This document shows, piece after piece, positions 1 to 11,099 of a stretch of DNA of 64,000 nt; within the stretch, counting starts at the first letter, position 1; each line of letters begins with the position of its first letter. Origin of the DNA: Takakia lepidozioides (Eukaryota; Plantae; Bryophyta); contig CM060732.1 of assembly GCA_030704615.1 (NCBI GenBank), positions 29,822,001 to 29,886,000 on the forward strand, written 5' to 3'. The notes under the pieces are model-generated. The model was not told where the DNA came from, made no database searches, and saw only the letters and a program-made list of their open reading frames with translations. A program made the position numbers and the translations under genes.

Positions 1-1134
1 CTCAACCTTAACCTCCTCCTGAACGAGCGCTCGCCTTCGTGGGCAGCCTCCCGCGAGTTCCCCCTCGCCAATTTGTGACAATGAGGTAACCAACGTGTAT
101 GCAAGCTCGGGTGAGGTCAGGGAAACGGTGCAACACATAGAACTGCTTGGCATACAAACAGACATGCAGTGTGTGTTCTTTGCAATGCGCACACTTAAAT
201 GTGGAGTTCGGAACCTTCTCATGAGCTCGAAATGGTTGGTGAGCTGTGCCTGTCCAATCGGTCTCGTTCCTGTGACCTCTGGATTTAAAGTGGAAGCAAG
301 TTGGGGAGAACACCGCAACGCGCCCGCACAAAAAACTTAGCGCACCCGCACACCATAAGCATTCATGCTGGTGGTTTTGGTAACGCACCAAGGATGACCG
401 TCATGTTTTCTATCCATATCTGTCAACATTCCGGACGCCCTCGAGTAGTCCGCCCGAGGAGGGAACTCAAAGAAGATATTACGTCGACGTCGGCGGGAAG
501 GCATGTAACCGATTTATTGCGAACTTGCTGTAGTCCAGCCCGGCCAGCTCCGACCGGTGTCCCTCCAGGTGAAGCCCTCGCCAGAATTTCTAGAATAGAT
601 CGAACTGCGGTGCTCTGCTGGGAATATGACTCCCTCCTCCACTGACGTCCATTGAGGACTTGCCTGATCTCCAGGACGACCTCGGAACTTCCATGACCTC
701 GTCTGAGTCGGACAGGTTGTGAACAACCGGTTCTCGGTCGTCTCATGGATGGGTTCGGCTCTGGATTTACTTCGTTGCGGACTTCTCTCTTTGAGGTACC
801 CACTCTCTGATTCGCGGATTGTTTCGTGGAAGGCGCCAGGATAGACGGTGCATTTGGCGGGCAAATGAAGTCCCCAACAGCCCTGTATATGACGCTGTCC
901 GATGGTGGAACTCGCCATTCCCTGCCATCGCCGAAATCATCGTGGAGCACAACAATACTCTCGACAACAAGGCCGTTGAGTCCTTCCTTTCCTCCTCCAA
1001 AAAAACCGACCCCGGTTTCAGGTGGTATCGAACGCACAGATATTTTCTCCATCACCCGGCAGGTCCCCTCTGCACGGAAATGAAGCTCTATGCTCGTGAG
1101 GAGGGGAGTACACTATAGCGCTCGGGTCCGCCAT
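1..1134 (-). pseudogene. GCM-like (WRKY-GCM1 superfamily) zinc-domain protein, 5' part of a probable transposase-related gene; runs off the left edge
   Basis: Joining frames across three 1-nt shifts and one TAA gives VTCLPADVD(G)NIFFEFPP...MDRKHDGHPWCVTKTTS...VFCAGALRC..PTC...FKCAHC...C...TRACIHVG.HCH. This parallels the GCM pattern W..T...C.G...C...CxxC...C...GxHxH. The start codon is uncertain. Confidence 0.55.
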
Positions 1135-1424
1135 GGAGATGTGCACACAAGACTGCCAGGATGGCGTGCGGGGAAGCTCCCTGGTAGAAGGGGGTGCAGA
1201 GGATGGAATGAATGCGATGCCGATTTGTCGAGCGACGAAGCCTGATCCAAATCTAGGGAGCCAACTATCTCAAAAATCCACAGTCAGAGTGTAATGAACC
1301 TTGTCTCCGGAATGCGGCCCCTCGTCTTTGCGCAATAACTGCCAACGGATGCAGTCAGAAAGTGGGGGGCCGTCGGATGATGACGGCTGAAGGGATAAGC
1401 CGGCACCGTGCCGTCACATACTAC

Positions 1425-2450
1425 CCCCGAATGGAAATTCGGCACCCAACATCCAACAGAGGAAGCCCGCATGAAGTTGCCTCGGGCGCAGAGGCCGGAG
1501 TGTGTGCGACAGAGAACATCCCTGGATGGAGATTCGGCGCCGAAATTCCATCCGGTCCCCCCAAAGGGAGTCGTGTCGGGGGGTCAGGCCGAAACTGGAC
1601 GGCATAAAAACATCCCCAGATGGAAAAACGGCGCCGAATTTCCATCCGGGGCGATTCGGATGCAGTCGGGGAGGGGGGAGTGGCCTGCAGTTGGCTGTCA
1701 CATTTCAACCCCGGACGGAAATTCGGCAACGAATATCGAACAGGGGACGCCCGATGAAGTCGCCTGGGGCACAGAGGCCGCCAGTGTGCGACAAGAACAT
1801 CCCCTGGACGGACATTCGGCGCCGATTTCCATCCGGGCCCCCCAAGGAAGGGTTGTCGGGGGGTCAGAGCGAAAACTGGCCGACATAACCCTCCACAGAT
1901 GGGAAACGGCGCCGATTCAATTCGGGGCCGTTCCAAATGCAGTCGGGGAGGGGAAGGTCCGTAACCTTGGCAGTCATATTTCAACCCCCGGGACGGAAAT
2001 TCGGCACCGAATATCCACCAGAGCGGCGGATAGGCGGCACCTCTCCGACAAGACCATCCCCGATGAGATTCGGCGCCGAATTTCCATCCAGCAGGTAAGT
2101 GGAATCTCGATGATGGAGATTCGGCTGCCGAATTTCCATCCTGCAGGTTCGAATCCCCGAACGAATGGAGATTCGGCGCCGAATTTCCATCCTGCAGGTA
2201 ATTCGAATCCCGGACGAATGGAAATTCGGCGCCGAATTCCTCCAGCAGGTAGTGGAACCTCGGATGGATGGAGATTCGGCGCCGAATTTCCATCCTGCGG
2301 TAATTTCGAATCCCTTCTGGATGGAGATTCGGCGCCGGATTTCCATCATGCAGGTAATGCGAATCACGGATGAATGGAAATTCGGCGCCGAATTCCATCC
2401 AGCAGGTAAGTCGGATCAGTGCCGTATGGATATTCGGCGCCCGGATTTCC
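1425..2450. repeat. Array of a ~30-bp palindrome (GGATGGAAATTCGGCGCCGAATTTCCATCC consensus), ~94-bp then ~52-bp spacing
   Basis: Copies near 1430, 1523, 1620, 1713, 1805, 1898, 1991 form a ~283-bp trimer higher-order repeat. Further copies near 2062, 2112, 2165, 2218, 2266, 2320, 2374, 2425. Confidence 0.9.
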
Positions 2451-2870
2451 ACTCGCCATTTATTCTGAGCGAGGATTACCTTCGTGCAGGTATTCCCATA
2501 TAAATTACCTTCGGGCAGGTAATTCGCATATAAGAATTACCTTCGTGCAGGTAATTTCCAGAGACAATTACCTTCCTGCAGGTAATTCCAATCGATTTTA
2601 TTCCTCGTCCAGAATTACATGCACAAAGGTAATTCTCATCTGGAAATTACCTGATGAAGGTAATTGATATATGCGAATTACCTGCACGAAGTAATTCTTA
2701 TATGGGAATTACCTGCACGAAGGTAATTCCTCGCTCAGAAATAAATGGCGAATGGAAATTCGCGCCGAATATCCATATGGCACCTCCGACTTACCTGCTG
2801 GATGGAATTCGGCGCCGAATTTCCATTCATCCACGATTCGAATTACCTGCAGGATGAAATTCGGCGCCGA
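2330..2870. repeat. Large imperfect inverted repeat built from AATTACCT..AGGTAATT units; orientation switch of the array
   Basis: 2400-2500 (agcaggtaagtcgga...ctcgccatttattctgagcgagg) is the reverse complement of 2700-2800 (cctcgctcagaaataaatggcg...tccgacttacctgct). Centre ~2600. Confidence 0.8.
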
Positions 2871-3980
2871 ATTACCTGCTTCAGGGAAATTTGGCGCACC
2901 GACCTCCGCGCGATGGAAATCGGCGCCGGATTCCATCCGCGCGCATCCGAATTACTGCGGAAGGAAATTGGCGCACCGACCTCCTGCGCGGATGGAAATT
3001 CGGCGCCGGATTTCCATCCGCGCGCATCCGAATTACCTGCTGGAAGGAAATTTGGCGCACCGACCTACCTGCGCGGATGGAAATTCGGCGCCGGATTTCC
3101 ATCCGCGCGCATCCGAATTACCTGCTTGAAGGAAATTTGGCGCACCGCCCTACCTGCGCGGATGGAAATCGGCGCCGGATTTCCATCCGCGCGCTTCCGA
3201 ATTACCTGCTTGAAGGAAATTTGGCGCACCGACCTACCCCTGCGCGGATGGAAATTCGGCGCGGGATTTCCATCCGCGCGCATCCGAATTACCTGCTTGA
3301 AGGAAATTTGGCGCACCGCGCTACCTGCGCGGATGGAAATTCGGCGCCGGATTTCCATCCGCGCCCTCCGAATTACCTGCTTGAAGGAAATTTGGCGCAC
3401 CGCGCTACCTGCGCGGATGGAAATTCGGCGCCGGATTTCCATCCGCGCCGCCTCCGAATTACCTGCTTGAAGGAAATTTGGCGCACCGCCCTCTGCGCGG
3501 ATGGAAATTCGGCGCCGGATTTCCATCCGCGCGCCTCCGAATTACCTGCTTGAAGGAAATTGGGCGCACCGCCCTCCTGCGCGGATGGAAATTCGGCGCC
3601 GGATTTCCATCCGCGCGCCTCCGAATTACCTGCTTGAAGGAAATTTGGCGCACCGCCCTCCTGCGCGGATGGAAATCGGCGCCGGATTTCCATCCGCGCG
3701 CATCCGAATTACCTGCTTGAAGGAAATTTGGCGCACCGCCCTACCTGCGCGGATGGAAATTCGGCGCCGGATTTCCATCCGCGCGCCTCCGAATACCTGC
3801 TTGAAGGAAATTTGGCGCACCGCCCTCCTGCGCGGATGGAAATTCGGCGCCGGATTTCCATCCGCGCGCATCCGAATTACCTGCTTGAAGGAAATTTGGC
3901 GCACCGCCCTACCTGCGCGGATGGAAATTCGGCGCCGGATTTCCATCCGCGCGCTTCCGAATTACCTGCTGGAAGGAAAT
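2870..3980. repeat. Homogeneous ~85-bp tandem repeat, ~13 copies, each with a 38-bp near-perfect palindrome
   Basis: Unit gcgcggatggaaattcggcgccggatttccatccgcgc-gcatccgaattacctgcttgaaggaaatttggcgcaccgccctacct is read directly from the sequence. Confidence 0.95.
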
Positions 3981-5004
3981 TCCGGGACTGTTTTCGTCGA
4001 TTTTCTTCCGACATGGAGGGCTTCATCCGACATTTAATTGCGCAGTTGGGCAATAAATGTCGACGGCCGTCGGTTATTAATTCGGGCTGGCGACGCATGG
4101 CTTCCTGGACACGTACCCTAAATCTCATGCTATACTTGGCTTAACATGGTATTCCAGGCATGTACCCCAAAAAGGAGATCTTTTTGGCTGGGACTTATGC
4201 CGCCTGAAGGGCGTGGCTCTCCTGAGAGAGACCTCAGATCCAGACGCGGCGGAAGTTGAAAGCTCTGTACTACGGACGACGGCCAATCTCTCGCATGGCC
4301 AAACTGAAGCTCCAGCAGGAGATTCCAGTGTCTTGCTCACAACCTGCGCCAACTGAAGCCGAGTACTCTCAGGCAAGCCATTTCTGCTTTCGGTTTGTTC
4401 GATTTCTTTTTGCTTTCGCTTCGTTACCTCGCTTTGTTTCTGCATCTTCATCCTGGCTTTGCTGTATGAGTGAACTTTAGATAGTTGACTGAACCTTAGA
4501 TTGTTTGCAATGCGTGTGCAAATCCGGCAGCTCTGGAGAAGGCTGCTTGTGCATGTCATTCTTAGGCAATGGTTGCATTTGTTTTCATTGTTGTTGCATG
4601 GCTCTCCATACTTCCTAAACTTGTTATGTTTTCATTTTTGCTACATGATTGCTGCTATGGTGGTTGCGCTGTGCTTTTTGCACCGCTGTTGGTGTTCACG
4701 ATTTTTGTCAATCACAGAGTGACGACGAGCCCGGCACGCTGGTGGTATCATCGACAGCTCCAACTCATCGCATGTTTGAATCGCCCAACTTGGGGCGAGA
4801 GGGCAAACTTAAATCTTTTGTTGGTGGACGGGAGGACTTTGCAACGAGATTACGATAGAGTAGGCATTGGGGAGGTTGGTGCAGGCGGCATGGCAGGTGA
4901 AGGGCGTGAGGACATGAGGACAGCAGATCCGGCAATGGAGGTTGTTCATGCACATGCAGTAGGGCCCGCCCGCCCACGAAAAGAAAAAGAAGAAAGCTAA
5001 GCAC

Positions 5005-8000
5005 ATGCAATCCCCGGCGAGAGAGCAGTCACGGGCTGCGGAGGGGGGAGTGAGCAGTGCGCGCGAGGGTGTCAGTTCGCCTCAATCAAAGGTGGTCGTC
5101 CTGGAGGGCTCCCCTGTTGCTAGCCCTAGTAAGAAAACAGAAAGCCGTGAGAGGGCAAAAGAGAGGGCAAAAGAACAGACGAGACAGAATGCTAGCAAGG
5201 AGGAAAGACAAAAGGCAGCTGAAGAGGCCAGGGGTGCCCAAATGACAGATGCCAATGTAAGCGAGGGACACACAGAGACGGTGGATCCCTACAAGACACC
5301 ACAGAGAGGCAGTAGCACACCGGTTAGACCATCGCGGGCAAGTGCAGCCCCCGCAATTACCCATACGGTGGAGAGTGGAGGAGAGGAAAGAACACCTGAA
5401 AGAGCACCGATTGTGCAAGTTCGAGGTGAAGCCAGGGAGAGGGCAGTAGAGACGACGAGAGTGCTGGAGGTGGTTTCGCAGGTGGCTGACCCTGTTGAGG
5501 AGGACGACATGGATGTTTCTGACCAGGATGACATTCTCCCGGACATCCCCAGGCCCCAAACCCGGAGCATACAGGCTGGATTTGGCGGTCTTGGTGGGCT
5601 GCCGGAAAACCCCTCTGCAGCAGACGTCATGTCTGAGGCGGATATGAAGTTGGCCGCTGCCAAGATGTTGGAGGCAACCCACAGCAACATTGGCAGGGTG
5701 CTGGGGGCATGGTGTACCCGGCCAAGCTTCGAATTCCCCTTTGCCGCTTGGTGTCATTTGCAGGTGGTGAGACCTGCCCTCCCAGGCGATATCGACAAGC
5801 TGAAATTCTCTTTCCGGGATGGATATCGAATGGGGTCTGCCGCCTTTTACGTTTCCATTGAGAACGACCACGGAGCTTCCCGTGCCCACACTTCCGATGA
5901 GGTGGACAAATGGGGTCCCCATTGGCAAACGCGAAATGAGGAGTTCGAGAGATCGATTGCTAGTGATCCTCTTTTCCAGCACATGTCCGGTAAGATGTTC
6001 TACGTGTGGGACGGCAATCATCGCCTCCTGGCATGGATGGAGCACATTGCCCAAGCCCACCCCAACGATCTCGATTGGCATTTCGCCGTCGATTGTGTTG
6101 TGCTGAAGGTTGCGGGGCCCAAAGATCGCAGTCTTCTCAAAGCTGCAATGGCCGACATCAACTCGTAAGCTACAACCCCTCTCGCTTTTGGACTTTGAAT
6201 TTGGAAGTCATTTCATTGCGAATCCTCATATATGATGAAAATTCCCATTTCAGTATTGTTTGATGGAAATGTGGCACTGCAGGGTGACTGAGAATGCCTT
6301 CATTGCCACCAACTTGTCCCATATGCTCTTCCGAGTGAAGGATGTCGGGAAGCAGGGGGTGCAGAGTTTGCCAATTCCCTCAGTGCCGACCTCCTGCGCA
6401 AGTCGGAGGCAAAGGCAGACAGAACCTGGTATAGCTGAGCGTCGACGCCATGGTGGACTACATATTTCGGGTAAAGCTCCTGCAGTTTTGTTGAGCTAAT
6501 TTGTCTCTCCTCCCCCAATAGAAGAAATTGTGTTGAGCAGGATCTCTAATCTTATGTGCGCCTTTTCGACAGACGAAAATACAGCAGGATTTGGCACATG
6601 TGCGGAGGTTCTACATGGAGTCAGAGGAGAAGAATCCAACCCTCCCGGAACTCGAATCGTATGTCAAAGCTGCGGAGGTGAGGGCCCGCATAAAGTACAA
6701 GTCGCGGATGGTAAAGTACGTGGCCATAGCTGATCCCGCCCTTGGTGCCGACTTTCTGGTGGAGGTGGGAAAGCACTACTCTCGCGCTCTGAAGCCCACG
6801 ATGACATTGGAGAAGCTCCATCGTCTAGCCACATCCTGTGTGGATGCAACAGAAAAGGTGATACATTCTTAACCAAATTGTGGTGGCAACAACTCCTTTT
6901 TGTGGTGTTTGGCGCTTACGAATATGCTGGGTGGTTGGACAGACCCGGTGGCTCCAAATCTGGAATGGTTCCCAAAGTACCAGGGACATGTGGAGCTTCC
7001 CCAAACCGGACAAACTCTCTGACCCCACATTCGACATGTGGATGAACCGCATGACATGGTGGTTTCAGGTACTTCCCCACGCTTCGTTTGGGGCTTCTAC
7101 TCTAGTAGGGGGTGGATTCATTGTATTTTTTGAGGAAAGCGATCTGATGGACAATCGCCACAGGTGACGACGAATGCGCAAGAGCAGCTGGACACACAAG
7201 CACATCAGTTCAAGATGGAGATATCTCCTGCAGCAGAGAGCCTACGTGACTATGTGACGAGGTACTTTCTGCTCTACAAAACCAACCTATTCTTTCGGGA
7301 GATAGCAGATGCTCGCCGGAGCCACGAGTTCACCGACCAGCCGAACGCGGACAAAGCAGCAATGCGCCTTCTGTACAGGTACATACGCGCTGCCTTTCTT
7401 TCAAGTCCTGGCATTTCAGGATGTTAGAGGCCTAAGTGGTGTTAGGGAAAATGGCGCCGAATTTCCAGTCAGGGCTCCGAAAATGGCAAAGTCCCTAGAC
7501 TGGCTGGCCCGGAACTGGAAATTCGGCGCCATTTTCCAGTTCCAGGCCCTATTGCCGTTCAGGGACTTAGCCATTTTCGGGCTAAGTCCCTAGTGTGGCT
7601 GGCCCGGAACTGGAAATTCGGCGCCGTTTTCCAGTTCTAGGCCCTATTGCCGTCCAGGGACTTAGCCATTTTCGGGCTAAGTCCCTAGACTGGCTGGCCC
7701 TGAAGTGGAAATTCGGCGCCATATTCCAGTTCCAGGCCCTATTGCCGTCCAGGGACTTAGCCATTTTCGGTCTAAGTCCCTAGGGTGGCTGGCCCGGAAC
7801 TGGAAATTCGGCGCCGTTTTCCAGTTCTAGGCCCTATTGCCGTCCAGGGACTTAGCCATTTTCGGGCTAAGTCCCTAGACTGGCTGGCCCTGAAGTGGAA
7901 ATTCGGCGCCATATTCCAGTTCCAGGCCCTATTGCCGTCCAGGGACTCAGCCATTTTCGGTCTAAGTCCCTAGGGTGGCTGGCCCGGAACTGGAAATTCG

Positions 8001-10623
8001 GCGCCGTTTTCCAGTTCTAGGCCCTATTGCCGTCCAGGGACTTAGCCATTTTTGGTCTAAGTCCCTAGGGTGGCTGGCCCGGAAGTGGAAATTCGGCGCC
8101 GTTTTCCAGTTCCAGGCCCTATTGCCGTCCAGGGACTTAGCCATTTTCGGGCTAAGTCCCTAGACTGGGTGGCCCTGAAGTGGAAATTCGGCGCCATATT
8201 CCAGTTGTAGGCCCTATTGCCGTTCAGGGACTTAGCCATTTTCGGACCTCATTGGGTTTTTCATGAATGCAGGTACTGTAAGTTCTCGCTTTTGGAGAAA
8301 GGTCATCTGTCTTTCGAGCCACCATTCTTCCTGGCATGGAGGAACCCTGGGGCTGACTCCATGTACACTGACGATATTGTGAAGGAGTGGCATCTGGAAC
8401 ATTTGCGTGATTGCCCTTGGTATGTGGACCTTCCGCCCGGCTCGCTCGACCCATCCGAGTTTCAATTGAAGCTGGATGCTGAATTCCGACGAAACCGGGC
8501 TCCGCTGCCTCCGTTGGGTGCAAAAGAGGCAAAAGCGCTTGCGAACTCCAGGAAAGCGGCAGAGCTTGCTCAGGCAGGAATTCAGGAGAAATTGCATGAG
8601 AAGAGTAAAGGTCAAAGGAAAAGGACAAGGAAACAGGTGACTGCAGTAACACCCAAAAAGAAGAAAACCATCGGGGCATCGGAGGAGGCGCAGGAGGGGA
8701 CCCAAGAGAGTGACTCCGACGCCGATTTTGTTCAAGGTCCTGCGACTGCTGTTGCTCCTACCCAGTCACCGGTCGTCCGGGTTCCCAAGTCAGTTCGGAG
8801 TGGGACTGGCTCTGCCAAGAAGTTGGCATTTGAGGGCGAGCCTACACGGCGGTATTCGGCGGTGACGTTTACGCACAGGCCAAAGCTAGAACCTCCAACC
8901 ATCATCCAATGCGTCAATGAGAGCTTCCTTGACGCTCTCGCTGCCAGGGCGAAGAAGGTGGCACACAACAAGTCTCTGGCGGAGCAGAAGGGGAAAGCCA
9001 AGAAGAGGGCTGCCGGTACAGAGCCTAAAGACACCCCTGGTTTTGAAGCCATGATGGAATTCTTCACGGCTGTGAGCACGAATTGCAAGAGCACTCGGGG
9101 GGGGGTTGAGGTGGAGAGAGCTTGCGACATGATTCTCCTCGACATTCCAGATGGGGAGCTGCTGGAGGGCCTGGATGGTGTGCCCACCTGGAACAGGTTT
9201 ACTGAGGACTACTGGAAAGCCGGGTTTGGGCTGGCGGGGATGCTTCTGGATGACGGTGGATGTGTGGTTGTCCTTGCCACGAGAGGGAAGACCACAGAGA
9301 ATGCGGTGGCAAGGTGGACACCGAAAAGTGTCACCCCGGTCCTCCTCAGAAAATGGTTCTGCATCAGTACGCAGGGGTTGCGAACAGAGGGCCAAAGTGT
9401 AAGTTATCAATCTATTGCATTCACTTCATATTGTGGTGTATGTTAAGTAGACCCTGGAATTGATCCCTTCTTTGTTGGATGTGCAGACATTGGTGTTTGA
9501 GGCATATTGCTTTGTGAAGAGAGGGTCTACGTTCAAATTCCGCAACGACGGTCGTCTTGTTGATGCCGCTGTGGACCCTGTAACCTACGATGTCCTCTAC
9601 AACTATGTGCCCCACTCTAGTATGCCGAAGGACACAAAGACAGGCAAACCGTGGCGGTACAGCCGGACCCGAAGCCCTGCTTTCATCCAAACCCTCATGG
9701 AGACGTGCTCGGATGTCCAAGGGCGGATTCTGGACCTCACATGCGGCACGGGTAAGCCTTCACGTGCTCAGTTTGTCCCCTGGCCCCATTGCAATTGCAT
9801 GCCGCAAGCTATTAACCGCCCGCTTTGTTCCTCAGGTGCTTCAATGTGGGCAGGGACGTTGTCCGACAGGCATGTGTTCGCCTTCGAGCCAGATACTGCC
9901 CTCCACAACTCGGAACTTGCAGCGGCTGAACGTCTGCCGAAAGAGGAAGAGGCATCCTCGGAGGATGAGGAAAAATCCGAGAAGGAGCAGGGGGAGGAAG
10001 TTGGGATCGAGGCCGAGGAGCCCCCGGTTTACGAGTGAGTGGTTGCATTGTAAGTTGCCTCCAGATTTTGTGAGGCACCTCCCTCCGCTCTCTTATTTCA
10101 TTGAAAACCCTTTCTGGTTGTGCTGGTATTGACATTCTTCAAGTGGATTTGTTCTTACTGTAGGATGCCAAGTACTGCCGGAGGGACGTCTACACCGGAG
10201 TTCATGGGCAGGAGGAACGTGCCTTTTTTTGCCAGGGGAGATTTCATGCCTAGTCCAGAAAGGGAGTACATCCTGCCTACTTATGCTGCCCGGCTTGCTT
10301 CGGTGTCCATTAGGAGGTGTTCCGAACGTAGTCGTGTACAGCAGATTTTAGACGAGGCAAGCCTCAAGAAAATGAAGATGAGGGAGGAGGCAGCAGCTAT
10401 TAGAGCCCGTCGGGCTCGTAGATTTGTGTTGGATTCTGCTGAGGAAAGTGGGGGAGAAGACGCAGAAGATTCCCAGGAGGTGAGGTGGACAGTCCCCCAA
10501 GGAGAGGACGGGATTTTTGAGAGGCATAGTGGAACTGATGCATCACAGAGCTCGGAGGATGAGGGGGATGAGGGGGATGAGGAAGAAGGTGGGGCAAGTT
10601 CCTCGGAGGGTGTAGGAGAGTAG
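5005..10623 (+). CDS. Spliced gene: low-complexity N-terminus + ParB/Sulfiredoxin-like domain + helical region + beta-class N4C/N6A DNA methyltransferase-like domain + acidic tail
   Basis: Predicted exons 5005-6164, 6283-6470, 6573-6857, 6943-7068, 7164-7378, 8273-9398, 9487-9751, 9836-10034, 10164-10623. All introns are GT-AG with consistent phase; exon 2 needs two 1-nt corrections. Motifs: QVVRP..DIDKLKFSF..G / FYVWDGNHRLLAW (ParB-like), CDMILLDIPDG (motif IV-like), RSPAFIQTLMETCSDVQGRILDLTCGTGASMWAGTLSDRHVFAFEPD (motifs X-I-II). Additional frameshifted 5' coding sequence is likely in ~4010-5004. Confidence 0.75.
7440..8250. repeat. Intronic 95-bp tandem repeat (190-bp dimer), 8 copies plus one inverted partial copy
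   Basis: GGAAATTCGGCGCC(A/G)TTTTCC at ~7517, 7612, 7707, 7802, 7897, 7992, 8087, 8182. Each unit also holds the hairpin AGGGACTTAGCC-attttcg-GGCTAAGTCCCT. The array lies inside intron 7379-8272. Confidence 0.95.
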
Positions 10624-10849
10624 TGCCCATTCCGGCTATGACAGTTAGAACACACTTGTATAGACGTGGCTTGCCACAAAATTTGCAATAAAATGTTGCA
10701 TTTTAAGTCCACTGGTGCCACATTCCAACTTCACATGACCCTATTTCCGTGCCTCCTAACCCTATTTCCGTGGACTCACAATGGTCTGCTCATGCCTTTT
10801 TTTTTTTCCGCTCATGCTCATGCCGCTCATGCTCATGCCGCTCATGAAA

Positions 10850-11095
10850 TAGCAGCCCCCCCTCAAATTGTAATTTGAGCCCTTGAAATTGTCAATTCCA
10901 ACCCCTCAAATTGCACTTCTAGCCCCTGAAATGACAATTCCCGCCCCTCAAATTGCAACTGTAGCCTGTGAAATGGCAATTGCTAGTGCAGCACCTGAGA
11001 TTGGCAATTGAAGCCCCTGGATTGGCAGTTTCAGCCCCTCAAATTGGCAATTCGAGCCCCATAAATGGCAATTTCAGCCCCTGAAATTGGCTATG
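10850..11095. repeat. Degenerate ~21-bp tandem repeat (gcccctcaaattggcaatt-like)
   Basis: About 11 imperfect copies are visible downstream of the ParB-MTase stop codon. Confidence 0.75.
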
Positions 11096-11099
11096 GGTG

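Noticed and set aside
1425-3980. CRISPR-like appearance (30-bp palindromic repeats at regular spacing)
   Set aside because: The spacers are themselves repeated or homologous rather than unique, there are no cas genes, and the context is eukaryotic with introns.
1362-4144. Numerous overlapping ORFs (MEIRRRISI..., WKFGAEF...)
   Set aside because: These are translations of palindromic tandem repeats, open on both strands, with no protein signature.
7582-8239. Repeated 60-62-aa ORFs
   Set aside because: Artefacts of the 190-bp intronic repeat.
5005-10623. Bacterial or phage contamination explaining the ParB-MTase
   Set aside because: Eight spliceosomal introns, and a second copy interrupted by a plant-type LTR element.
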